A DNA stretch of 64,000 nucleotides from Acidobacteriota bacterium (lineage in GTDB: Bacteria > Acidobacteriota > Aminicenantia > Aminicenantales > Saccharicenantaceae), in NCBI GenBank assembly GCA_028749115.1, contig JAQURD010000005.1, positions 17,826-81,825 on the forward strand. The letters are read 5' to 3'. The notes under the pieces are model-generated. The model made no database searches, was not told where the DNA came from, and was given only the letters and a program-made list of their open reading frames with translations. Positions 1 through 14,800 of the stretch are shown here, piece after piece (position 1 is the stretch's first letter; each line of letters begins with the position of its first letter). A program made the translations under genes and the position numbers.

Positions 1-1556
1 CCGGCGTCGAGGCGCGTAGCGACCGGCTTTCCTTTTAATTCTTGATTGGCAAAATATTCACCGCAAAGACCCCTGTCTTTTGAATTTAGAGCCGGTTTTA
101 AAAATTCGGCCGGAATGGGTGTCAGAACCGGAATGCCTTCAGCCCAGTCCGTTCCCGGTTCATAAATGATTTCGGTCTGAGAGCCGGCTTTCTCTCTGAG
201 CCCACGGAGAGGTGTCACTGGCTCAGCCGGGAAGCCGTTATAATTGCCAAGAAGAACTTCGATGTCATCGGCATTGGGTCCAATGACGGCTATTGATTTG
301 AGCGATTTTGGAAGCGGTAAGACATTGTTTTTATTCTGAAGAAGAACAATGGACTGGCGGGCGGCTTCGAGGGCCAGAAGACGATGTTTTGGACTATCTA
401 CCACTGAGTAGGGAATCCGGGCATAAGCGACACGCTTTTCAGGATCAAACATGCCGAGGCGAAAGCGGGCGGTAAAAAGCCTTTTTACGGCGACGTCAAC
501 GGTAGCCTCATCTACCAGTCCTTTCCTCACGGCTTCGAGCAGGGCAGCATAAGCTCGCCCGCAGTTGAGATCAGTGCCGGCTTTAAGAGCCATGGCGGCT
601 GCTTCAGCCAGGGTGGGGACAAGCTTATGAGTGGCATAAATATCATCTACCGCATCACAGTCTGACACGACATAGCCTTCAAAGCCCCACTCATGACGAA
701 GAATATCATTGAGCAGGAGCGGACTACCGCAGCAGGGGAGACCGTGGAAGCGGTTATAGGCACACATGACCGAATAAGCGCCACCTTCCCGCACTGCCAT
801 TTCAAAATGCGGTAGATAGCTGCTGCGGAGGTCAGGAAAATCAACCACGGCGTCAAAGGTGTGGCGGTCAGACTCGGGGCCGCTATGAACGGCATAATGT
901 TTGGCGGTGGCAATGACCTTAAAATATTTAGCGTCATCACCCTGCAGCCCGCGGATAAAGCTCACCGCCATCGTACCGGTCAGATATGGATCCTCGCCAT
1001 AAGTTTCCATGCCCCGTCCCCAGCGCGGATCACGGAAAAGATTGATATTGGGTGACCAGAAGGTTAAGCCCTGATAAATACCCCGCTCCCCCCGGCGGAC
1101 AGCCTGATGGTGTTTGGCTCTGGCCTCATCCGAGATAGCCGTGGCCACTTCCAGCAGCAGGTCGGTATTCCAGGTAGCGGCCAGACCGATAGATTGAGGA
1201 AAGACGGTGGCCAGTCCGGCCCGGGCAACGCCATGAAGGCACTCATTCCACCAGTTATAAGCCGGAATGCCCAGGCGATCAATAGCTGGTGCGTCATTCA
1301 TCAGCTGGCCGACCTTTTCTTCCAGAGTCAGGCGGCTGACCAGGTCAGAGACTCTGGCTGTAAGCGGCAAGTCCGGATTTAAAAAGGGAAGGGTGGTAAT
1401 GTTTTTCTTACTGCTCGCTATCTCGACCTGACTGGTTTTTTCAGCTTTGCTCTGTTCTGCGAGAAAAGCCAGGCTCGAAATTACGACGAGGGCCAGAAAG
1501 AAAAAAAAGGCAAGACTCCTGATATTTGAAACGCCTGGAATTTCTTTATATTGCAC
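1..1556 (-). CDS. Glycoside hydrolase family 3 beta-glucosidase/beta-xylosidase (BglX-like), 5' part only; C-terminus lies beyond the window edge
   Basis: Not in the ORF track because it is truncated at the edge. Manual reverse-complement translation from a GTG at 1556 (GGAGG 7 nt upstream) gives a signal peptide followed by ...LTLEEKVGQLMNDAPAIDRLGIPAYNWWNECLHGVARAGLATVFPQSIGLAATWNTDLL..., typical of the GH3 N-terminal domain (established family knowledge). The frame stays open to position 1. Confidence 0.72.
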   Translation of the reverse strand, partial: MQYKEIPGVSNIRSLAFFFFLALVVISSLAFLAEQSKAEKTSQVEIASSKKNITTLPFLNPDLPLTARVSDLVSRLTLEEKVGQLMNDAPAIDRLGIPAYNWWNECLHGVARAGLATVFPQSIGLAATWNTDLLLEVATAISDEARAKHHQAVRRGERGIYQGLTFWSPNINLFRDPRWGRGMETYGEDPYLTGTMAVSFIRGLQGDDAKYFKVIATAKHYAVHSGPESDRHTFDAVVDFPDLRSSYLPHFEMAVREGGAYSVMCAYNRFHGLPCCGSPLLLNDILRHEWGFEGYVVSDCDAVDDIYATHKLVPTLAEAAAMALKAGTDLNCGRAYAALLEAVRKGLVDEATVDVAVKRLFTARFRLGMFDPEKRVAYARIPYSVVDSPKHRLLALEAARQSIVLLQNKNNVLPLPKSLKSIAVIGPNADDIEVLLGNYNGFPAEPVTPLRGLREKAGSQTEIIYEPGTDWAEGIPVLTPIPAEFLKPALNSKDRGLCGEYFANQELKGKPVATRLDA

Positions 1557-1577
1557 CGGCCAGCCTCCTTCCGGCCT

Positions 1578-4832
<3,255 letters not shown>

Positions 4833-5097
4833 TTAGTCCAGGCCAGTCTGATTGAAAGACTTTTGAAAATTTTCTGACTTTGCTTATTCTGATCCGGTCG
4901 GCGGAATTCTTTTCTCTTTTGTAGGTTTGATTTTAACACGGATTAAAAAGGAAATTCTAATTAAAAATGATCAACCGGAAATCGCCTGGCCTTAATATTT
5001 AGCCTTAGTTGCTATTTATCTAATCTGGATGAAAATCATCCATTTACGGCTTAAATGAATTAAGGCTTGATCAAAACCAGAGGAAGAAAGATGATAC

Positions 5098-6048
5098 TTA
5101 TCTTGAGCTGAACCTCTTGGGCCGGTCCTGTGGCCAGAGCTTCTCCGGGTATTTTCCTTCTTTGATTAATTGATAAAGACTGGTCTTAACCACTGACCGA
5201 TCCTGCTGGTAGGTTACACCAAACCATCTTTCTTCAGTCGTCAGGACTCTGATCTTAGCCTTCTTTTCTCTTGACAGGGCACCGGCTACTTCTGGAATAT
5301 AAAACTCAGCCTTGCTCAGATCAGTCTCGGGGTCAGCCAGAAATGATTTAAAACGGGTTTCAAGTTCGGGGAAAATGCTGGGTGTCAGCCCGAAGATATT
5401 CATCGAAGCCAGATCATCAGGTGAAAGGGCCTGCCAGGTCTGGCCATCTTCCGTATATTTGATGCCGTCTGGAAATTTCTGGACTCTGGTCCTTTCTCTC
5501 AGGTCAAGAAGATAACCATCAGGCGAGACACGGCAGATGCCCCGGGCTACTTGGCCGTGTTCAGAGAGCGTATTTCCCAGACGATAAGCGACCAGAGCAT
5601 AGTTATAATATGAAGGTTCATCTTTGGTCTGTCTCATGTAATCGGCCAGCTTTTTGATGGCCTCATAGCCATAAAAATCATCCGCATTGAGGACCAGAAA
5701 ATTACTGGATATTACCGGTTGGCAGAGCATCACTGCCTGACCTGTCCCCCAGGGTTTTTCCCTGCTAGCTGGCACCTTAAAGCCAGGCGGCAGGCCACTG
5801 TCGATTTCCTGGAAAACATAGGAGACTTCAAAATGTTTTTCGGCTTCGAAGCCAATCTTTTCTTTAAAAACTTGTTCGAGTTCAGGCCTGATAATGAAAA
5901 CCACCTGTTTGATCCCGGCTCGCCAGGCATCATAAAGGGAATAGTCAATGATTATTTCCCCGTTGGGGCCAACCGGGTCCATCTGCTTCAAGCCGCCGTA
6001 ACGGCTGCCGATGCCCGCGGCCATAATTACCAGGGTAAGTTTATCCAT
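5098..6048 (-). CDS. Sugar-phosphate nucleotidyltransferase family protein
   Basis: N-terminal LVIMAAGIGSRYGG (nucleotidyltransferase G-x-G-[TS]-R signature) and a downstream KPWGTGQAV motif; 316 aa. The exact substrate cannot be inferred. Confidence 0.55.
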   Translation of the reverse strand: MDKLTLVIMAAGIGSRYGGLKQMDPVGPNGEIIIDYSLYDAWRAGIKQVVFIIRPELEQVFKEKIGFEAEKHFEVSYVFQEIDSGLPPGFKVPASREKPWGTGQAVMLCQPVISSNFLVLNADDFYGYEAIKKLADYMRQTKDEPSYYNYALVAYRLGNTLSEHGQVARGICRVSPDGYLLDLRERTRVQKFPDGIKYTEDGQTWQALSPDDLASMNIFGLTPSIFPELETRFKSFLADPETDLSKAEFYIPEVAGALSREKKAKIRVLTTEERWFGVTYQQDRSVVKTSLYQLIKEGKYPEKLWPQDRPKRFSSR

Positions 6049-6361
6049 AATATTATCTTTATACTAAATTTTTTAACATAAACAAGGGTCTCAAGGAAAG
6101 AACTAAAGTTTTTATTTCATTTAATCTTTCTGGCTATAGATGGCAAAGAACAAAATGATGACCTGTCGGCCGGCCTCTTCTTAAGACCACCCTTTAACAT
6201 TGGAGAAAATAAAAAAGTCTTGATCGATCAGGTTAATAGCCGTCCGCCGGGCGAACAGCAGACCTTGAATGGAGGCCGGAGCCTGTATACGAATTTGACT
6301 GAGGGATAGGGGAAAAGTAAGGCCGGTCAAATCAGCCGGGATAATAATGATTTATTGCTGC

Positions 6362-7372
6362 CTACGGATTTATAGACAGTTTATACCTGACAATTTTAGC
6401 CTGGTCTTCATCCCAGACAAAAATACTGCCGCCAGCCGATACATTCATGAAATATCCCCTTCTATCCATCTCGGTTGAGCCCAGATATTTAAGGCTTTTT
6501 TTATCGAAGACCTCAATGAACCTGCCCTTTTCTTCTCCCTCAAGAAAAACCAGAAGATAATCTCCGTATTCAGCGACTGCCCTGAGACCGCCATTTTTGT
6601 AATGATTTCCTTTTTCGTCCTGGACTAAATGAGGAGTCTCAAAATTAGCGGATTTTCTGGTTATTTTTCTTTCCAGTACTGTCCCTGAGTAAACATAAAT
6701 AGCATACTCAAAAGGGTCAGTTACATATAATTTACCTTCTCCTGAAATGAAAATAGAAGATGGTAACCAGGTTTCGGTAATTTTCTTGAAATCCTGATTG
6801 GGTGCCCGGAAGGCCGCCCCAAAAGAAGTCTTAAATTGTCCTTCAGGGTCAAAGATATAAAACAACTGATGGATAGCCCGGACATTCACGTTCGCCAGAA
6901 CTATGTTACCGGCTGGATCAATAGCGATATACCGGGGAAGGATGGTTGGCTTAAAGGACTTCAGGAAGTTTCCCCCGGTGTCATAGATAAGAACAGGATT
7001 TATCAGGATGACATAAATCTTCTCATTTTTTAAAGTCATGGCCACCGGAAATTGCGAGATTTCTCCTGGCCCGACTCCCCGCGAAGCTATGGTCTTGACG
7101 AATTTTCTGTTCTGATCAAACTTGCGCAGATTCCAGAATTTGAAATCAAGAACATAGATATTTCCTTCACTGTCCTCTTCAATACCGGAAATGCCTCCGA
7201 AAATGTAATTTAAATCACCTTCATTTTCCCCTAAGGTCCAGTCAGGAGTTATTGATAAAGAAAGATGAGACAGATTCTTATTAGAGGAACAGCTGAACGA
7301 CAGAAAAACAAGCAGAACACAAGCTTCAATCTTTAAGAGGCCAGTAGCTAAACGGGCTGTTCTTCTAAGCAA
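6362..7372 (-). CDS. Lipoprotein, probably beta-propeller (NHL/TolB-like repeat)
   Basis: Signal peptide with lipobox (LSFSC). Repeated hydrophobic beta-strand blocks (GNIYVLD, GNIVLAN, GKLYVTD) resemble NHL repeats (a beta-propeller repeat family). No catalytic motif recognised. Confidence 0.4.
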   Translation of the reverse strand: MLRRTARLATGLLKIEACVLLVFLSFSCSSNKNLSHLSLSITPDWTLGENEGDLNYIFGGISGIEEDSEGNIYVLDFKFWNLRKFDQNRKFVKTIASRGVGPGEISQFPVAMTLKNEKIYVILINPVLIYDTGGNFLKSFKPTILPRYIAIDPAGNIVLANVNVRAIHQLFYIFDPEGQFKTSFGAAFRAPNQDFKKITETWLPSSIFISGEGKLYVTDPFEYAIYVYSGTVLERKITRKSANFETPHLVQDEKGNHYKNGGLRAVAEYGDYLLVFLEGEEKGRFIEVFDKKSLKYLGSTEMDRRGYFMNVSAGGSIFVWDEDQAKIVRYKLSINP

Positions 7373-7786
7373 AGACTCTTCCTTTTAATCAAACAGATAG
7401 CACTTTAACGATCTTTTTATATTTCTCCAGCCGGTCAGACCAGGAACTTTTTTTCTCCCAGAGCTAATCATACTTAATCAGAGGTTAACAAATACAGTTA
7501 ACTTCTGTCAAGATGATGGGTTTTGTGATTCAATACTCAGGCGAACCGGGTAATAGTATGCTGGTAAGAATAAGAACAGATAAGAATAAAAATTTGATGT
7601 TTTCAGCCAAAGGCCAGGAGAACCAGGAGGACTAAAGATTATCAGGTATAAGTTTGAAAGCAGTTTGAAAGCACACTTCTGTTGGCAGATGGCTGACCAG
7701 TATCACCAGAGGAAGTTTCAGCCCTGAAAAGGTGGCTTAAAAGCTATAGACATTTATTGTATAATCTAAGCATAAAAGGTGATTCC

Positions 7787-8314
7787 ATGATCAGGTCAAC
7801 GACGGTTATCTGTATCAGGCATAATGGCCAGGTGGTCATGGCTGGCGACGGCCAGGTGACCATGGGTCAGACGGTCTTGAAAAGCACTGCCCAGAAGGTC
7901 AGGCGGCTTTACAAGGGGCAGGTCCTGGCTGGCTTTGCCGGGGCGACTTCTGATGCTTTTGCTCTTTTTGCCCGGTTTGAAACCAAGCTGGAAGAATACC
8001 GGGGAAATTTATCAAGAGCGGCGATTGAGCTGGCCAAAGACTGGCGGCTTGATAAATCCCTGCGTCAACTGGATGCCCTGCTCATCGTAGCTGATGCCAG
8101 TAATACTTTTCTCATTTCGGGGACGGGTGATGTGGTTGAACCAGATGACGGTATTATAGCTGTCGGCTCAGGAGGGCCTTATGCCTTAGCGGCGGCCAGA
8201 GCCCTAATCAGACAGGGTAATATGGCGGCCAGGGAAATTGCCCTTGAGGCTTTAAATATTGCTTCAGAAATTTGCATATATACTAATAATAACTTCACGG
8301 TCGAGGAACTCTAA
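7787..8314 (+). CDS. hslV: ATP-dependent protease subunit HslV (CodW-type with short N-terminal propeptide)
   Basis: [22 protein letters not shown]...[14 protein letters not shown]...[14 protein letters not shown] matches HslV/CodW. The ATG at 7787 leaves four residues (MIRS) before the catalytic Thr, as in Bacillus CodW. The ORF track begins at a TTG at 7757, which I judge less likely. The stop overlaps the hslU start. Confidence 0.9.
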   Translation: MIRSTTVICIRHNGQVVMAGDGQVTMGQTVLKSTAQKVRRLYKGQVLAGFAGATSDAFALFARFETKLEEYRGNLSRAAIELAKDWRLDKSLRQLDALLIVADASNTFLISGTGDVVEPDDGIIAVGSGGPYALAAARALIRQGNMAAREIALEALNIASEICIYTNNNFTVEEL

Positions 8315-9714
8315 TGGCTATAGAGCTTGAAGGCAAAGTTGTCAAAGAGAACAATCTTTTAGCTGGTGGCCGGGAAAATGAACTCACTCCTCAGGAAATC
8401 GTAGCTGAACTTAATAAATATATCATCGGCCAGAAAGCAGCTAAGAAAGCCGTAGCTATTGCCCTCAGGAACCGTTTCCGCCGGCGGAAGCTTCCACCCG
8501 AGCTGGCCGATGAAATTGCTCCGAAGAATATTCTGATGATCGGACCGACAGGAGTCGGCAAGACTGAAATTTCACGGCGCTTGGCCAGGCTGACTTCCTC
8601 TCCCTTCCTCAAGATTGAAGCCAGCCGGTTTACTGAGGTTGGCTATGTTGGCCGTGATGTCGAGTCAATGATAAGGGATCTCGTCCGGATGGCTGTTGAT
8701 CTGGTTAAACAGGAAAAAATCAAAGAAATAGAGGCCAAGGCCATGGCCAATGTAGAAGAAAAACTGCTCGATCTCCTTCTTCCTCATAACCGCCGCCATG
8801 ATAATAATATCTCGCCTGAAGACCAGAAAGAATTCCAGAAAACGCGGGAAAGGTTCAGGCGCCAGTTGCGGGCCGGCCTGCTGGATGACCGGCCAGTGGA
8901 AATAGAAGTTAAAGAAATGTCGTCTGCTCCTTTTGAATTCGTTTCGAGCAATGGCTTTGAGGAAATTGGCATCCAGATTCAGGAAATCATGCCAGGAATT
9001 TTTGGCGGCAAGACAAAAAGGAGAAAAGTAAAAATTAAAGAAGCCCAGGAAATTCTTCTGGAAGATGAAGAAAAGCGGCTGGTGGACATGGATCAAGTAG
9101 CCAAGCTGGCCATAGAAAAGGTTGAGCAATCGGGTATTATCTTTCTCGATGAGCTGGATAAAATTGCTGGCCGTGAATCAGGAGCAGGGCCGGATGTCAG
9201 CCGGGAAGGGGTCCAGCGGGATCTTTTGCCTATTATCGAAGGAACAACAGTTAGCACACGTTTTGGACTGGTGCGCACTGATCATATTTTGTTTATTGCC
9301 GCCGGTGCCTTCCATGTCTCTAAGCCATCTGATCTTATCCCCGAGATTCAGGGGCGTTTCCCGATTAGAGTTGAGCTAGCTCCTCTGACCAAAGAAGACT
9401 TTATCCGTATCCTGACTGAAACCGAAAATGCTCTGATTAAGCAGTACAAGGCCCTGTTAGCCACGGAAGGCATAGAAGTTGATTTTTCGCCCGAAGCCAT
9501 TGAAGAAATTGCTGCTCTGGCGGAAAAAGTAAACGAAGAAGCAGAGAATATTGGAGCCAGGCGCCTTCATACCGTTGTGGAAAAGGTCATGGAAGATATT
9601 TCCTTTGAAGCTCCTAATCTGACCGAGAAGACAATCATGATTACCAGAGAGTATGTTCAAAAACAGCTAAGTGAAATTCTGGTCAATGAGGACCTCAGAA
9701 AATTCATCCTGTGA
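8314..9714 (+). CDS. hslU: ATP-dependent protease ATPase subunit HslU
   Basis: Walker A ([10 protein letters not shown]), the I-domain insertion, [10 protein letters not shown] (Walker B) and the C-terminal HslU signature. Its ATG overlaps the hslV stop (ATGG). Confidence 0.95.
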   Translation: MAIELEGKVVKENNLLAGGRENELTPQEIVAELNKYIIGQKAAKKAVAIALRNRFRRRKLPPELADEIAPKNILMIGPTGVGKTEISRRLARLTSSPFLKIEASRFTEVGYVGRDVESMIRDLVRMAVDLVKQEKIKEIEAKAMANVEEKLLDLLLPHNRRHDNNISPEDQKEFQKTRERFRRQLRAGLLDDRPVEIEVKEMSSAPFEFVSSNGFEEIGIQIQEIMPGIFGGKTKRRKVKIKEAQEILLEDEEKRLVDMDQVAKLAIEKVEQSGIIFLDELDKIAGRESGAGPDVSREGVQRDLLPIIEGTTVSTRFGLVRTDHILFIAAGAFHVSKPSDLIPEIQGRFPIRVELAPLTKEDFIRILTETENALIKQYKALLATEGIEVDFSPEAIEEIAALAEKVNEEAENIGARRLHTVVEKVMEDISFEAPNLTEKTIMITREYVQKQLSEILVNEDLRKFIL

Positions 9715-10265
9715 TGAAAAAAATTGCCGGGATATTTTTAGGCGGTTTTTTACTGTTTCTTGCTTTAAGCTGCGGGCGGAAAGGGCCTCTCCAGGAGCCT
9801 GTGCCGAGAATCCCTCAAAAAGTGACAGACTTTAAGGCAGTTCAGGCGGGGGATAAAATTATTTTTTCCTGGTCGCCGCCAGTGAGTTATCTTGATGGGC
9901 GTCAACTGGAAGTGGTAGCTAAGGAGATTTATGGCCTGGAATTAGCCCTGCCCCCTTCTTCAACCCAGGAAATGTTGATGCTCTTAAAAAAGGCCAGACC
10001 GGTCAGGACCTTAGGCTTCGGTCAGGTGTCAATAGAAAAGGACCAGGCCGTACTCACCCTGCGACCAGAGAAGGTTGCAGGCCAGACCTATCTTTTCGCT
10101 CTGAAAGTTAAAGGGAAGAAAGGCGGCTGGTCTGAGTTTTCTAATCCGGTGGTCGTGACCATAGACAGGCTGCCTCATCCGGTAGTCAGGGCAATGGCCA
10201 GGGCCGGTAGAAACAGCCTCCGTCTTGCCCGGCTGCCAGACGGGAAAGAAATATCCAGGGGTTGA
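9711..10265 (+). CDS. Hypothetical lipoprotein, translationally coupled to hslU
   Basis: The ATG overlaps the hslU stop (ATGA). N-terminus [22 protein letters not shown] has a lipobox. 184 aa, no recognised domain. Confidence 0.5.
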   Translation: MMKKIAGIFLGGFLLFLALSCGRKGPLQEPVPRIPQKVTDFKAVQAGDKIIFSWSPPVSYLDGRQLEVVAKEIYGLELALPPSSTQEMLMLLKKARPVRTLGFGQVSIEKDQAVLTLRPEKVAGQTYLFALKVKGKKGGWSEFSNPVVVTIDRLPHPVVRAMARAGRNSLRLARLPDGKEISRG

Positions 10266-10356
10266 AAAGAATTGTGTCTGTATTTATTCTATAATAGTTC
10301 AGAAAGACCGGGCCAGGAAGGTTTACGGCTAAAATTCAGGTTAAGAAGCAAAGAAG

Positions 10357-11130
10357 ATGAAAATATATCGCTTCCGCTATCGTAAGAAGATTATCACAGG
10401 AGTACTGAAAGAGGATGTTTTATTTCCGATTAAGGGTTCGGTCTTTAAAGATTTCAAGATAGAAGACAGTGCCATACCGGTAGGGGAAGTCAAATTGCTG
10501 CCCCCTGTCTCTCCTTCAAAAATTGTCTGCCTCGGCCGCAATTACCAAGAGCATGCGGAAGAGCTTGGCAATGATATTCCAACCGAGCCGCTGATTTTTC
10601 TTAAACCGCCCAGTGCTATTGTTGGACCTGACCAGGCTATCATTTATCCCGCCATGTCTCAGAGAGTTGATTATGAAGGTGAGCTGGCTATCATTATCAA
10701 AAAAAAGGTTAAGAACCTGAAGGAAGAAGAAGCCTGGACAGATTATGTTCTTGGTTATAGCTGTTTTAATGATGTCACGGCGCGTGATCTTCAGCTTAAG
10801 GATGGCCAGTTTACCCGGGCGAAATCATTTGATACTTTTGCTCCCTTCGGTCCCTGCCTGGTGACTGATTTGAATCTGGAAGGGCTTCATTTAAAGACGT
10901 TTCTAAATGGAAAACTGGTTCAGTCAGGCAATACCAGAAATATGATTTTCCCTGTCCCTTTTCTTCTCCGTTATATCTCCAGTATTATGACCTTAGAACC
11001 AGGCGATATAATTGCTACCGGGACACCAGCCGGTGTTGGCCCGATGGAGCCGGGAGACCGGATTGAAATTCAGATTGAGGGCATCGGAACACTATCCAAT
11101 GTGGTTAAGAAAATAGATATGAGGAGGTAA
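10357..11130 (+). CDS. Fumarylacetoacetate hydrolase (FAH) family protein (2-keto-4-pentenoate hydratase / HpcE-like)
   Basis: Conserved FAH-fold motifs (…NYQEHAEE…, …[12 protein letters not shown]…, …FDTFAPFGP…, …[13 protein letters not shown]…); 257 aa. Confidence 0.8.
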   Translation: MKIYRFRYRKKIITGVLKEDVLFPIKGSVFKDFKIEDSAIPVGEVKLLPPVSPSKIVCLGRNYQEHAEELGNDIPTEPLIFLKPPSAIVGPDQAIIYPAMSQRVDYEGELAIIIKKKVKNLKEEEAWTDYVLGYSCFNDVTARDLQLKDGQFTRAKSFDTFAPFGPCLVTDLNLEGLHLKTFLNGKLVQSGNTRNMIFPVPFLLRYISSIMTLEPGDIIATGTPAGVGPMEPGDRIEIQIEGIGTLSNVVKKIDMRR

Positions 11131-11131
11131 G

Positions 11132-11779
11132 ATGAAACTATTCCTTGATACGGCTAATTTGTTAGAGGTTAAAGAGATTGCCAGCTGGGGAATTCTCGAT
11201 GGCGTCACCACCAATCCGACTCTCTGCTCAAAGGAAAATATGCCATTTGGATCATTAATTAGGGAAATTGCCAACCTGGTAACAGGGCCGGTTAGTGTTG
11301 AATGTGTTTCTAATCGGGCGGATGATATTGTGGCTGAAGCCCTGAAACTCAACCAGCTGGCCAGTAATATCGCTGTCAAAATTCCGATTACCATTGATGG
11401 GCTTAAAGCGACAAAAATTCTGGCGGCTAAAGGCATTAAGGTCAACATGACCCTGGTTTTTTCCCCTTCACAGGCTCTGCTGGCGGCCAAAGCCGGGGCG
11501 GCCTTTGTCAGCCCGTTTATTGGCCGGCTGGATGATATTTCTCATCATGGTATGGAGCTGATTGAGCAAATTTTAAGCGTTTATGAGAACTATAATTTTG
11601 AAACTGAACTTATTGTAGCCAGTATCAGGCATCCAGGCCATGTGGTCGAAGCTGCTCTTCTGGGGGCTGATATTGCGACTGTGCCTTTTTCTGTTATGGA
11701 AAAGCTGGTCAAACATCCACTGACAGATATAGGTATTGAGAGATTCCTCCAGGACTGGGAAAAAGTTTCTCTGAAATAA
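11132..11779 (+). CDS. tal: Transaldolase / fructose-6-phosphate aldolase (short Tal/Fsa family)
   Basis: [31 protein letters not shown]... and a 215-aa length fit the type 3B transaldolase/FSA subfamily. Confidence 0.85.
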   Translation: MKLFLDTANLLEVKEIASWGILDGVTTNPTLCSKENMPFGSLIREIANLVTGPVSVECVSNRADDIVAEALKLNQLASNIAVKIPITIDGLKATKILAAKGIKVNMTLVFSPSQALLAAKAGAAFVSPFIGRLDDISHHGMELIEQILSVYENYNFETELIVASIRHPGHVVEAALLGADIATVPFSVMEKLVKHPLTDIGIERFLQDWEKVSLK

Positions 11780-11816
11780 GGTCTGGCCGGGTCATTCAAT
11801 TTAACAGGACAATTTA

Positions 11817-14800
11817 ATGAGCAAATGGAAAAAGAGAAAGGGTTTAATTATTGCTGCTGCTGTTACTGTCTTTCTACTTTTAGCCATTTCTCTAGCCAGG
11901 AGCTTTGTTCTGAAGAAAATAGGAGAACAGTTAGAAAAATCGTTTGAAATCGGCCAGATTAAACTCAGCTATGTACCGCCCTCTCTGGAGATTAAAGAGC
12001 TGCGATCAAGAAGTTCAAATCCAGCTATCTCCTTAGAGAGTCTGAAAGTTTCCATCTCTATCTTCTCCCTGTTCAGTAAAGAAAAGCGGGTCTCGGCAGA
12101 AATTGAACGTCCTGAGGTTATCTATAATAGCCGGATCAAGCAGGTCAAAACGGAAGGTGGTTCATCCCGGCCGCTAAACCTGACGCTTAATTTACCGCTC
12201 TTAATTGAAGATGGTTATATTCACCATGGCCAGTTTTCTGTGAGTATCAGTCAGGGTGATTTTCATTTTAAAGATGTCTCTGCTTTTTTTAGATTAGAAG
12301 CAGGGAGGTTAAATCTTCTCATCCATTCTGAAGACATGTCCATGAGGCCCTTCTCGGCTAAGTGGCCGGTGAGCGGACAGCTGGAAAGTCTGGTAAATAT
12401 CCGGGGAAAAACAATAAATATCGAACGGCTTGTTTTTCAGGGTGAAGATTCTGCTCTAAGAGCGAGTGGACAGATCAAGCCGGGGTCAGCGACCAAAGTG
12501 AATTTCAAAACGCTGTTCAATTTTGACACCGCTTTTATCATGAGTACTTTTAATCTTCCTTTCCAATGGGAGGGAAAAGCTACGGGTGAAGCTACGGTCA
12601 GCAATGATACTGGCCCTCTGGTTGTTCAGGTTAATTATAAAGCGCCTGATTTAAACCTTAATCAGGTCAATCTCGGGCTGGTTGAGGGTCAGGTGAGGGT
12701 GGAAGGGAAAAAGGGTGGTCAGGTTCTGGCCGAGATAAAGAACAACAATAAGCCGGTAGAGAAAGCTGTCATCAGTTATGATTCACGCGGGGTCTTCGGT
12801 GAATTCTATGGATTTCATCTTGATTCGATCATGAAATATGCTTCCGTTCCCTGGCCGGTAGCTTCGCCTGTCTGGGGAAAATTTGCTTTAAGCCATGGTC
12901 AATTAACTGCTTCAGCTGAATTCCGTGACCGCATTGAGAAAGAGCAAGCTGGAGGACGCCGATCCTTTCGGGGGCTGGTTAATATTTCCCTTAATATTCC
13001 AGAGCTGGACCTGAGAGTGGAAAGCAAGGATTTAACATCTTCATTTGGCCAGCTGAGTATTAACGGACAGATACTCATCGGTCGGAAACTTGATCTGTCC
13101 ATCGACGGACAGTTCGGTGATATAAAAGAAGCCAGAAGCTTTGCTGAGAAAATACTGAATGAAAATTTTGGTTTTCCTGAAATCAGGGGAGCTGGCCGCT
13201 CCACCATCACCCTGAGAGGAGATTACTACCATCCTGATGTCAGTCTGAATTTTTCCTGTTCACCAGCCGGCTTTGAAAGGTTTAATGTGACGACAGCCCG
13301 GGGGGAAGTCGAAGTTAAAGCTGGCCAGGTCACTGGCAAGGTTTATGCTGTAGATAAAATGTTCCAGGGAGAAATAAATTTTAAATCAAATAATGCCGGG
13401 ACAGATGTCAAAATTTCTTTGGAAAGGGGAGTGCTTGAAAATATTTTGCCGCTGCTGGCGGTTAACTTCCCACTCAAGGGCTCCACTTCAGGAGAGTTCG
13501 TCTATAAAACTGAAGGCCAAAAAGTTGAATTCCGGGGAGATTTTTCGGCTAGCGAGCTCTATTTACTTTCCACCAGAATGGAAGAAGTTAATGGCGAGCT
13601 CCGGTGGAGAGAAAATAGAATTGAGTTTCCGCGGCTTGCTTTCCATCTAAACCAGGGAGTGGTTTCCGGAAGAATGGCCTTAGGACTGGCTGACAATAGT
13701 TATGATTTTGACCTTACAGCTGACGGGCTGGAGCTGAGTCCGTTTTCTACTTCTTTTGCTGGCCGGATGGAAACCGTCCTCAAAGGCCAGGGTATCTTTG
13801 GCCAGGATCGGCTGCCAGGCCATTTTACTGTTCAAGAAGCTACTATTTATTTCATCAAAGCAGCTTCGGTTAAAGGGGATTTCAGTCTTAACTTTCTTGA
13901 TAATAACCTGAATATTGAGGCCAGAGGCCAGTTATTACCTGGAGATAACAATTATGAGCTTAAACTTGATATACCTTTTGACCGCGATTTTATCAGAGGC
14001 GAAGTCAGAGGTGAATTAAGCCGTCTTGATTTTCTTCTTCCCTGGAAAGGGGCTAATGGCTCGATTAGCTGCCTGCTGAGCTTTGAAGGTCCATTAGCTT
14101 CTCCAGCTCTCAGCGGAGCAGTCGAGGTGAAAGGCAGCGTACTACCCATCCCGGGTTTTGCTCATGCTCTGAATGATTTTTCCGGCCTGGCTTTTGTCAA
14201 GGGTAATCAGATTTCTATCAGATCTTTTCAAGCTTCTCTGGGTGGGGGGCAGCTGCAGGTTTCCGGCCAGCTTATCTTTGGAGAAAAGGGCCTTGACCAG
14301 GCGAACATCGAACTTACAGGCAAAAATATGCAACTCTCTATTTTTGAGAAGACAAGAACTGTAGCCGATGGCAGCCTGAGGTTTTTACGGCAGGGTGGCA
14401 AAAATATACTCGAAGGGGAGCTTTTTTTCCAGGAAGTTTGGTGGGGCAGGGAATTATGGGATAAATTATCTTTTTCGACCACTGCTTATCCAGGAGATGA
14501 TTCCAGAAAGGCTCCGCTAAGCGACTTGAACCTGAACGTCAGGCTCAGAGCCAGTGACAATGTCTGGATGGATAATTCTCTCGGCCGGATCAGAGCTAGA
14601 TTGGACCTGACCATTTCTGGCACAACACTTAATCCGGTGCTGACGGGGGAGATAAATGCTCTATCCGGGACATTCTTTTTTCAGGACAGGGATTTCAAAG
14701 TGGTTAAGGGCCGGCTTAGTTTCTTTAATCCCCTGGTAATCGATCCCTATATAGATTTCCAGGGTGAGACCTATGTGAAAGATTATCATGTCGTCTTTAA

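Noticed and set aside
7373-7756. Sigma-32 heat-shock promoter or CIRCE operator upstream of hslVU, and upstream of clpB (23242-23468)
   Set aside because: TTGAAA-like elements are present. No acceptable CCCCATNT -10 lies at 13-15 bp spacing, and no TTAGCACTC-N9-GAGTGCTAA inverted repeat is present. Only weak sigma-70-like hexamers were found.
8665-9129. 154-aa minus-strand ORF inside hslU, and similar antisense ORFs (e.g. 24041-24415 in clpB, 45602-45919, 47210-47536, 49090-49458, 12899-13210)
   Set aside because: They lie fully inside well-supported genes on the opposite strand and have low-complexity or odd composition. They are typical spurious antisense ORFs.
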